This document shows, one piece after another, positions 1-10,193 of a stretch of DNA of 54,587 nucleotides; the first letter of the stretch is position 1; the number at the start of each line of letters is the position of its first letter. The translations under genes and the position numbers were made by a program. The stretch is from an uncultured Desulfovibrionales bacterium. GTDB taxonomy: Bacteria > Desulfobacterota > QYQD01. The notes beneath the pieces were generated by a model. That model was not told where the DNA came from. It was given only the letters and a program-made list of their open reading frames with translations, and searched no databases. The DNA lies in the NCBI GenBank assembly GCA_964435205.1, contig CAYSYZ010000001.1, positions 1 through 54,587 of the forward strand, given 5' to 3'.

Positions 1-1
1 A

Positions 2-925
2 CTGAGTTCTATCCGCGAGCCCAAGACCGGTCTGCCCATTTACAGTTTGTACGGGGAGGTCTATCGCCCTACGGAAATGATGCTGGAGGGTCTGGATGCC
101 CTCGTCTTTGACATCCAGGATGCTGGCGTCCGTTTTTATACGTACATCACCACCATGGCCTACGCCATGGAAGCCGCAGCCCGGAAGGGAATTCCTTTCT
201 ACGTCTTAGACCGACCTAACCCCATCACCGCCTCGCTGGTCCAGGGACCGGTCATGGAAGAGGATTTGAAATCCTTTACCGGCTACTTTCCGCTGCCCAT
301 CCGGCACGGTATGACCGTGGGAGAATTAGCGCAAATGTTCAACGCCGAGAACAAGATCGGTGTCACATTGCACGTCATCAAAATGCACGGCTACGAGCGC
401 ACTGACTGGTACGACGAGACCGGGCTGCTGTGGGTAAACCCGTCACCAAACCTCCGGACTCTCACGCAAGTTACCCTTTATCCCGGAGTGGCGGTGGTCG
501 AGGGATCAAACGTGAGCGTAGGGCGGGGAACGGACAAGCCCTTTGAACTTCTCGGTGCTCCCTGGATCGATGCCAAAGAAGTCGCGGCGTATTTGAACAA
601 CCGTAAAATTCAAGGCGTCCGCTTTATGCCGGTGGACTTCGCGCCGGCGAGCAATCGCTTTGAAAACACAGTATGCCACGGCGTCCAGATCGTCCTGGTC
701 GATCGCCAGGCGCTCGATCCCGCGGCCCTGGGAGTGGAAATCGCCGCGGCACTTTACCAACTTTTCCCTAGGGAGTTCCAGCTTGACAGGACGTTAGGAC
801 TCATTGGGGCGCCCTGGGTCCTGCAGGCTATCAAGGATGGCGAGGATCCTAACTCCATCGTGCTGCGCTGGCAGGACCGACTTGAAGAGTTCCGGAATCT
901 GCGATCCAAATACTTGCTCTATTAG
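2..925 (+). CDS. DUF1343 family protein (NamZ/YbbC-like exo-beta-N-acetylmuramidase family), 5-prime end cut by the window edge
   Basis: The frame is open from nt 2 (LSSIREPKTGLPIYSLYGEVYRP...), so the listed TTG at 47 is internal. Segments LDALVFDIQDAGVRFYTYITTM, VLDRPNPI and WVNPSPNL fit my memory of DUF1343 proteins. Confidence 0.8.
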   Translation: MSSIREPKTGLPIYSLYGEVYRPTEMMLEGLDALVFDIQDAGVRFYTYITTMAYAMEAAARKGIPFYVLDRPNPITASLVQGPVMEEDLKSFTGYFPLPIRHGMTVGELAQMFNAENKIGVTLHVIKMHGYERTDWYDETGLLWVNPSPNLRTLTQVTLYPGVAVVEGSNVSVGRGTDKPFELLGAPWIDAKEVAAYLNNRKIQGVRFMPVDFAPASNRFENTVCHGVQIVLVDRQALDPAALGVEIAAALYQLFPREFQLDRTLGLIGAPWVLQAIKDGEDPNSIVLRWQDRLEEFRNLRSKYLLY

Positions 926-1188
926 CCCGCCTCACCTAACCAGATCAAGGTTCCGTTTTTCCCGCCGGAGCAACCCCGGCAAGGATATGGCCCGCATCAA
1001 CTCCTGGAAGGCGCGCAAATGCTTAATCTTCGTGAATATCCAGAGCAGTACAAATCCATGGTAAGGATATTACGGTCCCCCTATTCGGCCTTCTTTCGCC
1101 AGGCAGTCACCGCATTTTGTTGCCAACATGGTCTTTTTCTGATAGCTTTATGTACTTTTAAGTACTTGACACGAAAAGGAATCTATAA

Positions 1189-3702
1189 TTGTCATACCCC
1201 TTCCTCATCAATGTAAGAAAACCAAGCCGTTACTTGGGCACCGAGATAAATGCCACTCACAAAGATTGGCAGAAAGCACGGGTACGAGTAGCTCTTATCT
1301 TCCCCGATTTATACGAAATAGGGATGTCTCACCTTGGACTATCTATCCTCTATCACATTTTAAACAGTAAGGAGGATTACCTGGCAGAGCGAGCTTTTGT
1401 CCCCGATCTGGATCTGGAAAGACTTCTGCGCCGCCAAAAATTCCCGCTGCTATCTCTCGAATCGCAAAAACCGCTCCGGGAGTTCGACATCCTCGGTTTT
1501 ACGCTTCCCTACGAGCTTTGTTACACAAATGTGCTTACGGTACTGGACCTGGCAGGCATTCCCTTTAAGGCCAGAGAAAGAGACGAACATTACCCACTGG
1601 TCATTGCCGGTGGTTCATGCACCGCGAATCCCGAGCCGGTGGCCGACTTTTTCGATGCTATCCTGTTCGGTGATGGGGAAGAGGCCGTAGTTGAAATAGC
1701 AAACACCTACCAGCACTGGAAGGAAAGCGCCGGAGGCAAAGACAGGCTTCTAGAGTTTCTTTCCCAGATAGAAGGTATCTATATACCCTCATATTTCAAG
1801 GTATCCTATGGCGCAGAAGGAAGTATCAGGGCTATGGAACCACTCAAGGCTAATTATGCAAAGGTATCACGGCGGGTAGTTAACGACCTTGATCCGGCTC
1901 CGTACCCGGTGCGACCCATCATCCCTTATACGCAGCCAGTTCATGACCGGATCAGCCTGGAGATATCGCGAGGCTGTACCCGTGGCTGTCGTTTTTGCCA
2001 GGCAGGCGTAATCTACCGACCGGTCCGCGAAAGGCACCCTGATACGGTCATCCGAATTGCCGAAGAATGCCTGGCTATCACGGGACATGAAGAGGTTTCA
2101 CTCCTTTCCCTCAGCACAGGAGACTATGTAAACCTTGAACCTCTCATCATGGCTCTTATGAATCGTTACGCCTCAAAACACGTAGCTATCTCCATGCCAT
2201 CTTTACGCGTTGGCACCCTCACTCCTGAAATCATATCTGAGATAAAGCGAGTTCGTAAAACAGGCTTCACGCTCGCGCCAGAATCCGGTACAGTCAGGCT
2301 GAGATCCGTTATTAATAAGACCATTTCCGAAGAAGACCTCCTGGCCACAGCAAAGGAGGCATTCCAGGCCGGTTGGAACCTTCTGAAGCTATACTTCATG
2401 ATTGGCCTGCCAACTGAGACTTACGAAGATCTTGACGGAATAACCGATCTGACCAGGCGAGTGTTAGCGTGCGGTCGTCATACAGACCGAACCTGCCGGA
2501 TCAATGTCGCTGTCTCAACCTTCGTCCCCAAGGCGCATACACCATTCCAGTGGGAACCTCAGATAAGTGTCGAGGAAAGCCGGCACCGCCTAAGCTACCT
2601 CAAAAATGCCTTACAGGGGCGAAGAATTCAGGTCAAATGGCACGATCCACACCAGAGTTTCCTGGAAGGAGTCTTCTCAAGAGGTGACCGCCGTTTAGTC
2701 AGTCTTATTGAACACGCCTACCGGATTGGTTGTAGGCTCGATAGTTGGGGCGACTACTTCCGATTCTCCCTCTGGCAACAAGCCGCTACTGAAGTCGGTC
2801 TGGAACTGCAATCTTATATAAGAAAACGAGAGCTTGACCAACTCTTGCCCTGGGAACACATAGACAGCCGCGTGGCGAAAGAATTCCTTCTGGACGAGAG
2901 AAAGAAAGCTGTGCTCGCTGAAACCACTCCAGATTGTCGTAAGAATGGATGCATCCATTGTGGCGTCTGCGATGGAAAGACACGAACTATCCGGCTTTCA
3001 GAACCCTATCGGGACACTTTCACGCCGTCAAGATGTACGGAATTAAGAGAAACCATTCGCCTAAGGGTCTACTACGGAAAGTTAGAGCAGGCTCGCTTCT
3101 TCGGCCATCTGGAAATGACCAGGATTTTCAGTCGAGCTTTGAAAAGGGCCGGTATTGATATTGTCTATTCTAAAGGATTTCATCCCATGCCGAAAATGGC
3201 CTTCAGCCCTGCCCTGCCGGTTGGAACAGAAAGTGTCGCCGAATATGTGGACTTAACCACGTTCGGGCAGATTAAGCCGGCAGAACTGGCTTCTCTTCTC
3301 CAAAAGGAAATGCCCGAGGGTCTCATTATTTATGGCGCAGACAAGATAACCCCAACCACCCCCGGCACAGGAATAAGCTATTACAGAATTCGCTCAGATA
3401 ATGCCATTTTTACCAACGGCCCCATACAGCGCTTCCTCTCAGCAGAGGAATTCCCTATAACCCAAAAAAGAAAAGAAAAAACACGCAAAGTTGACGTAAA
3501 ACCGCTGGTGAAAGCTTTACAGTATATCGATGCCCAAACTATTGCCCTATCCATGGCCAGCGATCAAAAAGCTGTAGCAAAACCGGCTGAAATACTGAAG
3601 TCTATCTTTGACCTTTCTGAAGAAGAGGTGTTGAACCTTCGTATACTGAAACTACCTGGTACACCAGAAAAGGAGGGGGTATCCCTATGCCAGCAGAGCT
3701 GA
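1189..3702 (+). CDS. Uncharacterised radical SAM protein (TIGR03960-like) fused to a radical-SAM-linked DUF2344/TIGR03936-like C-terminal module
   Basis: CxxxCxxC motif SRGCTRGCRFCQAG (Cys codons 1975-1998). N-terminal KPSRYLGTEIN and FPDLYEIGMSHLG are typical of that family. The C-terminal roughly 230 aa carry RLRVYYGKLEQARFFGHLEMTRIF...GFHPMPKMAFSPALPVG. TTG start with AAGGA 8 nt upstream. Confidence 0.8.
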   Translation: MSYPFLINVRKPSRYLGTEINATHKDWQKARVRVALIFPDLYEIGMSHLGLSILYHILNSKEDYLAERAFVPDLDLERLLRRQKFPLLSLESQKPLREFDILGFTLPYELCYTNVLTVLDLAGIPFKARERDEHYPLVIAGGSCTANPEPVADFFDAILFGDGEEAVVEIANTYQHWKESAGGKDRLLEFLSQIEGIYIPSYFKVSYGAEGSIRAMEPLKANYAKVSRRVVNDLDPAPYPVRPIIPYTQPVHDRISLEISRGCTRGCRFCQAGVIYRPVRERHPDTVIRIAEECLAITGHEEVSLLSLSTGDYVNLEPLIMALMNRYASKHVAISMPSLRVGTLTPEIISEIKRVRKTGFTLAPESGTVRLRSVINKTISEEDLLATAKEAFQAGWNLLKLYFMIGLPTETYEDLDGITDLTRRVLACGRHTDRTCRINVAVSTFVPKAHTPFQWEPQISVEESRHRLSYLKNALQGRRIQVKWHDPHQSFLEGVFSRGDRRLVSLIEHAYRIGCRLDSWGDYFRFSLWQQAATEVGLELQSYIRKRELDQLLPWEHIDSRVAKEFLLDERKKAVLAETTPDCRKNGCIHCGVCDGKTRTIRLSEPYRDTFTPSRCTELRETIRLRVYYGKLEQARFFGHLEMTRIFSRALKRAGIDIVYSKGFHPMPKMAFSPALPVGTESVAEYVDLTTFGQIKPAELASLLQKEMPEGLIIYGADKITPTTPGTGISYYRIRSDNAIFTNGPIQRFLSAEEFPITQKRKEKTRKVDVKPLVKALQYIDAQTIALSMASDQKAVAKPAEILKSIFDLSEEEVLNLRILKLPGTPEKEGVSLCQQS

Positions 3703-5210
3703 TTATAAATGCTTCACCCTACGAAACCCGCGTAGCCTTATTGGAAGGCGGTTCAGCCGTTGAATTCTACGTAGAACGTAGCTTAGAAAAAAGTATCATC
3801 GGCAATATATACAAAGGCAGGGTTACAAGGGTCTTACCCGGGATGCAGGCAGCCTTTGTCGATATAGGATTGGAAAGGACAGCCTTTATTCACGCCGCGG
3901 ACATATACAATCAGATTACCGATTATGAAATGACCATGCTTTCTGCAGATGTGGAAAGTGAAGCGGCCGCGGGATTACATGAAGATACAAAATATTACGT
4001 GGCACCGTCACTAAACATTGAAGACCTTTTACATGATGGCCAGGATATACTGGTCCAGGTCTCCAAAGAGCCCTTGGGAACCAAAGGAGCACGGTTAACG
4101 TCTTATATTACCATGCCGGGGCGTAATTTGGTACTTATGCCCATGACCGAACATGTTGGTGTATCCCGCCGCATTGAAGACGAGGAGGCACGGCAGCACC
4201 TCAAAGAGATCATCGAGGCCGTTAAACCCCCCGGCGTTGGTTTTATCGCCCGTACAGCAAGCGAAGGGGTTGACGCCTCAAAACTACAGGTCGAAATGGA
4301 CTTCCTGATAAAACTGTGGGAAAATATCCAGAAGAAAGCGGCCTCGGCACCGGTTCTTTCACTTATCTACGAAGATCTGGACATCGTCTTGAGAGCCGCT
4401 CGCGACCTTTTTGCAAAGGAAGTAGACCGGTTGATTATTGATTCGGAGGAAGACTACCAGAAGATACTCAATTTTATGGAAACATTTGCTCCTCACCTAA
4501 AACCATCTGTAAACCTCTATAAAGATGCCACTCCAATCTTCGACACGTACGGCATCGAGGTGGAAATGGCCCGGGCACTGAGTAAAAAAGTGTGGCTAAA
4601 GTCAGGCGGTTACATAGTAATCGAGATAATGGAGGCCCTCACGGCCATTGATGTCAATACAGGACGCTTCGTTGGTAAAAGAAACCTCGAAGAAACCATC
4701 CTCAAGACCAATCTGGAAGCGGTAAAAGAAACCGCTTATCAATTACGGCTGCGCAATATAGGGGGACTAATCATCATCGATTTTATCGACATGAAAAAAG
4801 AAACCCATCGTGAAGAAGTTTTTAATGCCCTGCGCGAAGCCCTGCGTAAAGATAAGAGTAAAACCACCATACTAAAAATGTCTGAACTAGGACTGATTGA
4901 AATGACGCGCAAAAGGACCCGGGAAAGTTTAGGCCGCATTCTCTGCGAACCGTGTTTCTATTGTGACGGAGAAGGAACTCTGAAATCGAGGCGAACCCTG
5001 TGCTATGAGATCTTCAGAAGGATTGAACGAGAGGCTGCCGATATACCAGCTAATAGTGTCACTATTTCAGTCCATCCAGATATCAGCGAGATGCTTCTAA
5101 ACGAAGAGGCCGGGCAAATTGCGCTTCTTGAGCGAAAAATAAAAAAGCAAATTACTATTCAGTCGCACTCAGATCTGCACTTAGAGCAGTATAAGATATC
5201 CTATGCTTAG
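3687..5210 (+). CDS. rng: Ribonuclease G (RNase E/G family)
   Basis: S1 domain NIYKGRVTRVLPGMQAAFVDIG, catalytic core EALTAIDVNTG and GGLIIIDFIDM, Zn-link CEPCFYCDGEG. The 507-aa size fits RNase G rather than RNase E. AAGGAGGGGG RBS. The ATG overlaps the upstream gene by 16 nt. Confidence 0.85.
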   Translation: MPAELIINASPYETRVALLEGGSAVEFYVERSLEKSIIGNIYKGRVTRVLPGMQAAFVDIGLERTAFIHAADIYNQITDYEMTMLSADVESEAAAGLHEDTKYYVAPSLNIEDLLHDGQDILVQVSKEPLGTKGARLTSYITMPGRNLVLMPMTEHVGVSRRIEDEEARQHLKEIIEAVKPPGVGFIARTASEGVDASKLQVEMDFLIKLWENIQKKAASAPVLSLIYEDLDIVLRAARDLFAKEVDRLIIDSEEDYQKILNFMETFAPHLKPSVNLYKDATPIFDTYGIEVEMARALSKKVWLKSGGYIVIEIMEALTAIDVNTGRFVGKRNLEETILKTNLEAVKETAYQLRLRNIGGLIIIDFIDMKKETHREEVFNALREALRKDKSKTTILKMSELGLIEMTRKRTRESLGRILCEPCFYCDGEGTLKSRRTLCYEIFRRIEREAADIPANSVTISVHPDISEMLLNEEAGQIALLERKIKKQITIQSHSDLHLEQYKISYA

Positions 5211-5296
5211 TTTCTAGGGCCCAAAGAGCTTTTTTATGTCTGAGACAAACGAAATGTCCAGAGAGCGCGGGGTGCGGGTTTTCAGATGAAGATGTA

Positions 5297-5803
5297 TCAG
5301 GATGTCCTAAACTTCTCACTCAACTGTCGGCAGACCACGTCCGGAACCAGGCCCTCTACCGATCCTCCCAGACTAGCCACCTCCTTGATCAAGGTAGAGC
5401 TAATGAATATCCAGCGGAATCCGGTCATGAGAAAAACAGTTTCGATGTTGCGGTTAAGCCTGCGATTCATCAACGCCATCTGAAATTCATAATCAAAATC
5501 CGAAACGGCCCTCAGGCCACGCACAATGATGTTGGCTTGACAGCTATTCACATAATCTATAAGGAGACCAGTAAAAGTATCGATTTGTACCCTTGGATTT
5601 TCATTAATAGTCAACCGGATCATTTCCAGGCGCTCTTCGATGCTGAAAAGGGGCTTCTTGGCCGGATTTACCGTTACCGCAATAATAACACGGTCAAACA
5701 TGTTAAGTGCACGGTTGACCACATCAATGTGCCCATTGGTTATTGGGTCAAATGTCCCCGGATAAACGGCAATAGTCTCGCCCAGACGTTTCTGCCTATC
5801 CAC
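5297..5803 (-). CDS. coaD: Phosphopantetheine adenylyltransferase
   Basis: YPGTFDPITNGHIDVV nucleotidyltransferase motif, 168 aa. GTG start preceded by GGAGGAGG. 8-nt overlap with the rsmD stop. Confidence 0.95.
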   Translation of the reverse strand: MDRQKRLGETIAVYPGTFDPITNGHIDVVNRALNMFDRVIIAVTVNPAKKPLFSIEERLEMIRLTINENPRVQIDTFTGLLIDYVNSCQANIIVRGLRAVSDFDYEFQMALMNRRLNRNIETVFLMTGFRWIFISSTLIKEVASLGGSVEGLVPDVVCRQLSEKFRTS

Positions 5804-6371
5804 CTATTTCCTCCTCCAAATGCCCTTTTCTGAAAAAACTGACCATGGTTCGACCATAAATTCTTCCTTCACCCTGTGCCTCGTAACCTGCTGGCGAAGA
5901 TAATATCTCTTCTTTATCACATTCCACGACTATAACGCCATCCAGTTTAATCAAGTTACTCTGGCCCAGCAACCTCATAATTTTCTGGGCCATACCATGG
6001 CCATAGGGAGGATCAATAAAGACTGCATCATAATCAAGCTTAAGCCTTTCCAGAAACTTAAGTCCATATAGCGGATTGCTCTTAAAGACAAGCCCTTTTT
6101 CTGGAAAACCGCAAATCAAAAGGTTCTTTTTGATGATCTCGACGGCATAGGGATGATTGTCAACAAAGACGGCCAGAGATGCCCCACGGCTCAGCGCTTC
6201 GATGCCCAGGGCGCCAGTCCCGGCAAAAAGGTCCAGTACCGAGGCCCCATCCCAATTTAAACTCAAGATATTGAATATAGCCTGTCGTATCTTATCGCTG
6301 GTGGGCCGGATACCCTTTCCCCTCACCGGTGCAAGGTCCCGCCCTTTGGCCAAACCGGCAATAATACGCAA
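5796..6371 (-). CDS. rsmD: 16S rRNA (guanine966-N2)-methyltransferase
   Basis: MRIIAGLAKGR start, SAM site LDLFAGTGALGIEALSRGA and FIDPPYGHG (DPPY motif). TTG start 9 nt after the fba stop. Confidence 0.9.
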   Translation of the reverse strand: MRIIAGLAKGRDLAPVRGKGIRPTSDKIRQAIFNILSLNWDGASVLDLFAGTGALGIEALSRGASLAVFVDNHPYAVEIIKKNLLICGFPEKGLVFKSNPLYGLKFLERLKLDYDAVFIDPPYGHGMAQKIMRLLGQSNLIKLDGVIVVECDKEEILSSPAGYEAQGEGRIYGRTMVSFFRKGHLEEEIGG

Positions 6372-6380
6372 AAGTACCCC

Positions 6381-7466
6381 TTACGACAGCCCTTCGATGA
6401 CCAGTGAGGCTGTTCCAACCGCACGGAATGCTTTTATCAGTTCTTTGGCCTCTTCGTACGCCTGGTCCGCGATCTTTTTCCTGTTTTCCGCCGGGATACT
6501 ATCTATTTTCTTCTTGAATGGCTTGGTAGCCATTTTTATATCCTTGTTGTTCTCCCTGGCCCAGGTCCTCATTTCCTCCATCAGGTCGGCAGGCAGTCCT
6601 TTATGTGCAATATTTTGCCATTGTGTACCAACATTGCCTTTACGGATGCCGTAATCGGCAAAACGGCCCACCAGATGTAACGGGGTACCGGTAATTCCAT
6701 GTTGAGCAATCACTACCCCATCCCCTTTAATGGTCTCGTAGACCTGACCGGTTCGTTCCAGGTCAATAAATATCTTCTCCCCTTCCAGGTAATTACCGTG
6801 CTTGGAGCCATTATTAATAGCCAGCATATCCGGATAAACACCTTTTGCCTTCAGGCCGGAAATAAAGCTCACGGCCTCCTCTACGGTAGTCAACATGGCT
6901 TCCTGACCGGCAGACTTTATCTCGCCCACCTCTACCTCGAGGCCAATACCGCTTTCGATGATAGGCTTAGCCAGGTCAGCGGTAATACGTATATTATCCG
7001 GCAATTCATTAAAAGAGGCATCGATGGCAAACGAAGTGTAACCAGCTCCGAGTTCCGCAGCAATGAGCTGACGAGCTGATTCAATTTCTTTCTCCGAGGT
7101 ATTTTTGACGGTAATGTGATCACCATGGATGAAAAAGGGTCGCGTAAATTTTATTTCCTCTGCATAGCCGGTCACCGTAGCAAAATAGGTTTCAGGGTCC
7201 TGGCCCGTATAGCCACCGTCTATGTGACCTTCACTCTTTGCCAGTTCAAAGGCCACCACTGCGTCCAGCTCTTCCGCCGCACGCATGATCCCGGGGATAA
7301 CGTGCTTGATACGCGTGTTACAGGCCATGACTATAACCTTCTTATCCTTAAGTACTCGCAGAATATCTTTAGAGTTTAACAGGCAGGCTTTGCTCTCTTT
7401 GCCGAGTTTATCGAGCACATAAGAAGGCCTCCGGGCCAAAACTCTGTCCGTAACTGGAAGGGCCAT
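6381..7466 (-). CDS. fba: Class II (metal-dependent) fructose/ketose-bisphosphate aldolase
   Basis: Class II aldolase pattern: VMACNTR, FFIHGDHITV, INNGSKHGNY, IAQHGITGTP. 361 aa. Confidence 0.8.
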   Translation of the reverse strand: MALPVTDRVLARRPSYVLDKLGKESKACLLNSKDILRVLKDKKVIVMACNTRIKHVIPGIMRAAEELDAVVAFELAKSEGHIDGGYTGQDPETYFATVTGYAEEIKFTRPFFIHGDHITVKNTSEKEIESARQLIAAELGAGYTSFAIDASFNELPDNIRITADLAKPIIESGIGLEVEVGEIKSAGQEAMLTTVEEAVSFISGLKAKGVYPDMLAINNGSKHGNYLEGEKIFIDLERTGQVYETIKGDGVVIAQHGITGTPLHLVGRFADYGIRKGNVGTQWQNIAHKGLPADLMEEMRTWARENNKDIKMATKPFKKKIDSIPAENRKKIADQAYEEAKELIKAFRAVGTASLVIEGLS

Positions 7467-7545
7467 AAAACACCTCCTTCGGGGCTTTTGGGTGCTAACT
7501 AAAAACTAACAGCAGTATTTTACCATTATGCGAATCAGATCAACT

Positions 7546-8571
7546 CTACAGATATTTGTCAATTAATATCTCGGCTATCTGCACCGCATTTGTCGCTGCC
7601 CCCTTACGGATGTTATCAGCGACAATCCACATGTTGATCCCGTTCGCAATGGACTCGTCCTCGCGTATACGGCCTACAAAGGTCTCGTCACGCCCAACAG
7701 CATCTATAGCCAAAGGATACAGATTTTGCCCTGGATCGTCAACAACTACCACCCCGGGGGCTTTCCGAAGCAGCTTTTTGACCTCATCCGCTGTAATCTT
7801 TTTTCCCGTTTCCACGTTTACAGATTCCGAATGCCCCCAGAAAACCGGGACTCGGACGGTTGTTGCCGTTACGCGGATGGAATCATCGCCCATAATTTTC
7901 CTGGTTTCATTAACCATCTTCATCTCTTCTTTAGTATAGCCGTTAGGGAGAAAAGAGTCGATATGTGGGAGACAATTAAAGGCTATTTGATGCGGATATA
8001 CAGCTCGGGGCATCTCTTTGCCGGTTACATAGGCCCGAACCTGCTCCTCCAATTCCGTAATCGCTTTCTGTCCTGTTCCCGAAACCGCCTGATAGGTGGA
8101 CACTACAATGCGCGTAATCCTGGCCGCATCATGGATTGGTTTGAGGGTTACTACCATCTGGATCGTCGAACAATTAGGATTGGCAATGGTACCTTTTTTC
8201 GTGTACAAACTGACATCGGCTGGATTGACCTCGGGCACCACGAGGGGGACATCCGGATCCATGCGAAAGGCACTTGAATTGTCAACTACTACCGCGCCGG
8301 AGGCTGCTGCTGCCGGTGCAAATTCTAAACTACGCGCCGCTCCTGCCGAAAACAGGGCGATGTCTATCCCTCTGAAGGAATCCTTGGTTAGCTGGTCAAC
8401 CGGAACCATCTGCCCCCGAAAGGGCAACTTCTTACCGACGGATCGTTCGGAAGCCAGGAGACGTATCTCATCCACAGGGAATTTTCTTTCTTCAAGAACC
8501 TTGATCATACACTGACCAACCGCTCCCGTTGCTCCAGCCACAGCCACGTTGTACTTAGCTTTCTTACCCAT
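7546..8571 (-). CDS. asd: Aspartate-semialdehyde dehydrogenase
   Basis: Rossmann start VAVAGATGAVGQ and active-site IANPNCSTIQMV. 341 aa. Confidence 0.95.
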   Translation of the reverse strand: MGKKAKYNVAVAGATGAVGQCMIKVLEERKFPVDEIRLLASERSVGKKLPFRGQMVPVDQLTKDSFRGIDIALFSAGAARSLEFAPAAAASGAVVVDNSSAFRMDPDVPLVVPEVNPADVSLYTKKGTIANPNCSTIQMVVTLKPIHDAARITRIVVSTYQAVSGTGQKAITELEEQVRAYVTGKEMPRAVYPHQIAFNCLPHIDSFLPNGYTKEEMKMVNETRKIMGDDSIRVTATTVRVPVFWGHSESVNVETGKKITADEVKKLLRKAPGVVVVDDPGQNLYPLAIDAVGRDETFVGRIREDESIANGINMWIVADNIRKGAATNAVQIAEILIDKYL

Positions 8572-8600
8572 ATTTAGCTATCCTCTCTTTACAGTCATCC

Positions 8601-9668
8601 CTAAGGCTTCGGGAGGGCTGCTACGACAAAATCGCCCACTTCTTTCGTAGTATAGCCCATCCTGCCGGCAGCCAGGCTCTCCATCTTCTTCACTGTCTCC
8701 ATGATACCGATTTCTACCGCCCGAGCCGCCTTTTCCTCCCCCAGATTATCTAACAGCATCTGCCCGGCGGCTATGGCCGCTAGCGGGTTAATAACATTCT
8801 TTCCTGTATATTTTGGTGCCGAACCGCCGATAGGTTCAAACATGGATACGCCGTCAGGATTTATGTTCCCGCCGGCCGCAATACCCATGCCGCCCTGGAT
8901 CATGGCACCGAGATCAGTAATGATATCCCCAAACATGTTGTCAGTAACAATGACATCAAACCACTCCGGATTCTTAACCATCCACATGCAGGTGGCGTCG
9001 ACATGGGCATAATCAGTCTGGATATCCGGGTATTCTTTGGCCACTTCATGAAAGGTTCGTTCCCATAAATCGAAGGCAAAAGTAAGGACATTAGTTTTTC
9101 CACATAAGGTTAATTTGTGGTCCTTGTTGCGACGACGGCAAAAATCAAACGCAAAGCGTACGCAGCGCTCCACGCCTTTACGGGTATTTATGGACTCCTG
9201 TACAGCTACTTCATCTGGTGTGCCTTTTCTTAACACACCGCCAGCACCGGCATAGAGTCCTTCTGTATTCTCACGTACTACTACGAAATTAATGTCTTCT
9301 GGCCGTTTATCCTTAAGTGGTGTATCCACGCCGGGATAAAGAATGACCGGGCGAAGATTGATGTACTGATCAAGGGCAAACCGGAGCTTGAGTAAGATAC
9401 CCTTTTCTAGAATGCCTGGCTTGACCTTTGGGTGCCCGATAGCGCCAAGATAAATGGCCCGAAAGTCTTTTAACTCTTCGACTGCTGTATCCGGCAGGGT
9501 CTCCCCGGTACGAAGGTACCGCTCCCCACCAAAATCAAATTCCGTAAAATTATAGGTAATTCCATATAACTCTCCAGCCGCCCTAAGAACCTTGATCCCC
9601 TCTGCAATTACCTCGGGACCCGTACCATCTCCAGGAATAACAGCGATCTTGTAATTTGTGGTTCCCAT
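8601..9668 (-). CDS. leuB: 3-isopropylmalate dehydrogenase
   Basis: IAVIPGDGTGPEV and DNMFGDIITDLGA. Lies in the leu gene context. 355 aa. Confidence 0.9.
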   Translation of the reverse strand: MGTTNYKIAVIPGDGTGPEVIAEGIKVLRAAGELYGITYNFTEFDFGGERYLRTGETLPDTAVEELKDFRAIYLGAIGHPKVKPGILEKGILLKLRFALDQYINLRPVILYPGVDTPLKDKRPEDINFVVVRENTEGLYAGAGGVLRKGTPDEVAVQESINTRKGVERCVRFAFDFCRRRNKDHKLTLCGKTNVLTFAFDLWERTFHEVAKEYPDIQTDYAHVDATCMWMVKNPEWFDVIVTDNMFGDIITDLGAMIQGGMGIAAGGNINPDGVSMFEPIGGSAPKYTGKNVINPLAAIAAGQMLLDNLGEEKAARAVEIGIMETVKKMESLAAGRMGYTTKEVGDFVVAALPKP

Positions 9669-9686
9669 AAGTATATATATCTCCTT

Positions 9687-10193
9687 TTATAGATTTCTCC
9701 CTTTTGCCTTCTTCATAATGTGAGGTATGAGACCACCATCTGCCAACAGTTCCTGCATAAACGGAGGGATGGGCTGTGCAGCAAACGAAAGACCTGTTTC
9801 AACAATATGAATTTCTCCTGAATCTACATCCACTTGCATGGTATGGCCTTCCTCTGCAGCCTCAACCGCTTCCGGACACTCGAAAATTAGAAGCCCCATA
9901 TTGAACGCATTCCGAAAGAAGATGCGGGCGAAGGTCCTGGCTACTACACAGCTTAAGCCGCAACCCTTAAGGGCGATGGGTGCATGTTCCCGTGAAGATC
10001 CGCAGCCGAAGTTCTTTCCAGCAACTAAGATATCTCCAGGCTGCACTTTTTTGGCAAAAGAAGGATCCGCATCTTCCATACAGTGTTTAGCCAATTCTTT
10101 TGGATCAAAGGTCGTCAAATACCTTGCGGGTATGATGACATCGGTGTCCACATTATCACCAAATTTCCAGACCTTGCCAGTTAATTTCATCAT
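9687..10193 (-). CDS. leuD: 3-isopropylmalate dehydratase small subunit
   Basis: [14 protein letters not shown] swivel-domain motif. 4-nt ATGA overlap with the leuC stop. Confidence 0.9.
   Translation of the reverse strand: MMKLTGKVWKFGDNVDTDVIIPARYLTTFDPKELAKHCMEDADPSFAKKVQPGDILVAGKNFGCGSSREHAPIALKGCGLSCVVARTFARIFFRNAFNMGLLIFECPEAVEAAEEGHTMQVDVDSGEIHIVETGLSFAAQPIPPFMQELLADGGLIPHIMKKAKGRNL

Noticed and set aside
926-1188. ORFs 804-1064 and 1019-1216 in the gap before the radical SAM gene
   Set aside because: They overlap the flanking genes and have odd composition with no RBS. The region is more likely a promoter and leader.
6157-6654. 165-aa plus-strand ORF spanning the rsmD/fba junction
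   Set aside because: It is antisense to two conserved genes and matches no motif.
7556-8515. Several plus-strand ORFs (127, 183 and 139 aa) antisense to asd
   Set aside because: They overlap a well-supported gene on the opposite strand. The Ser/Thr/Arg-rich translations are typical of antisense frames.
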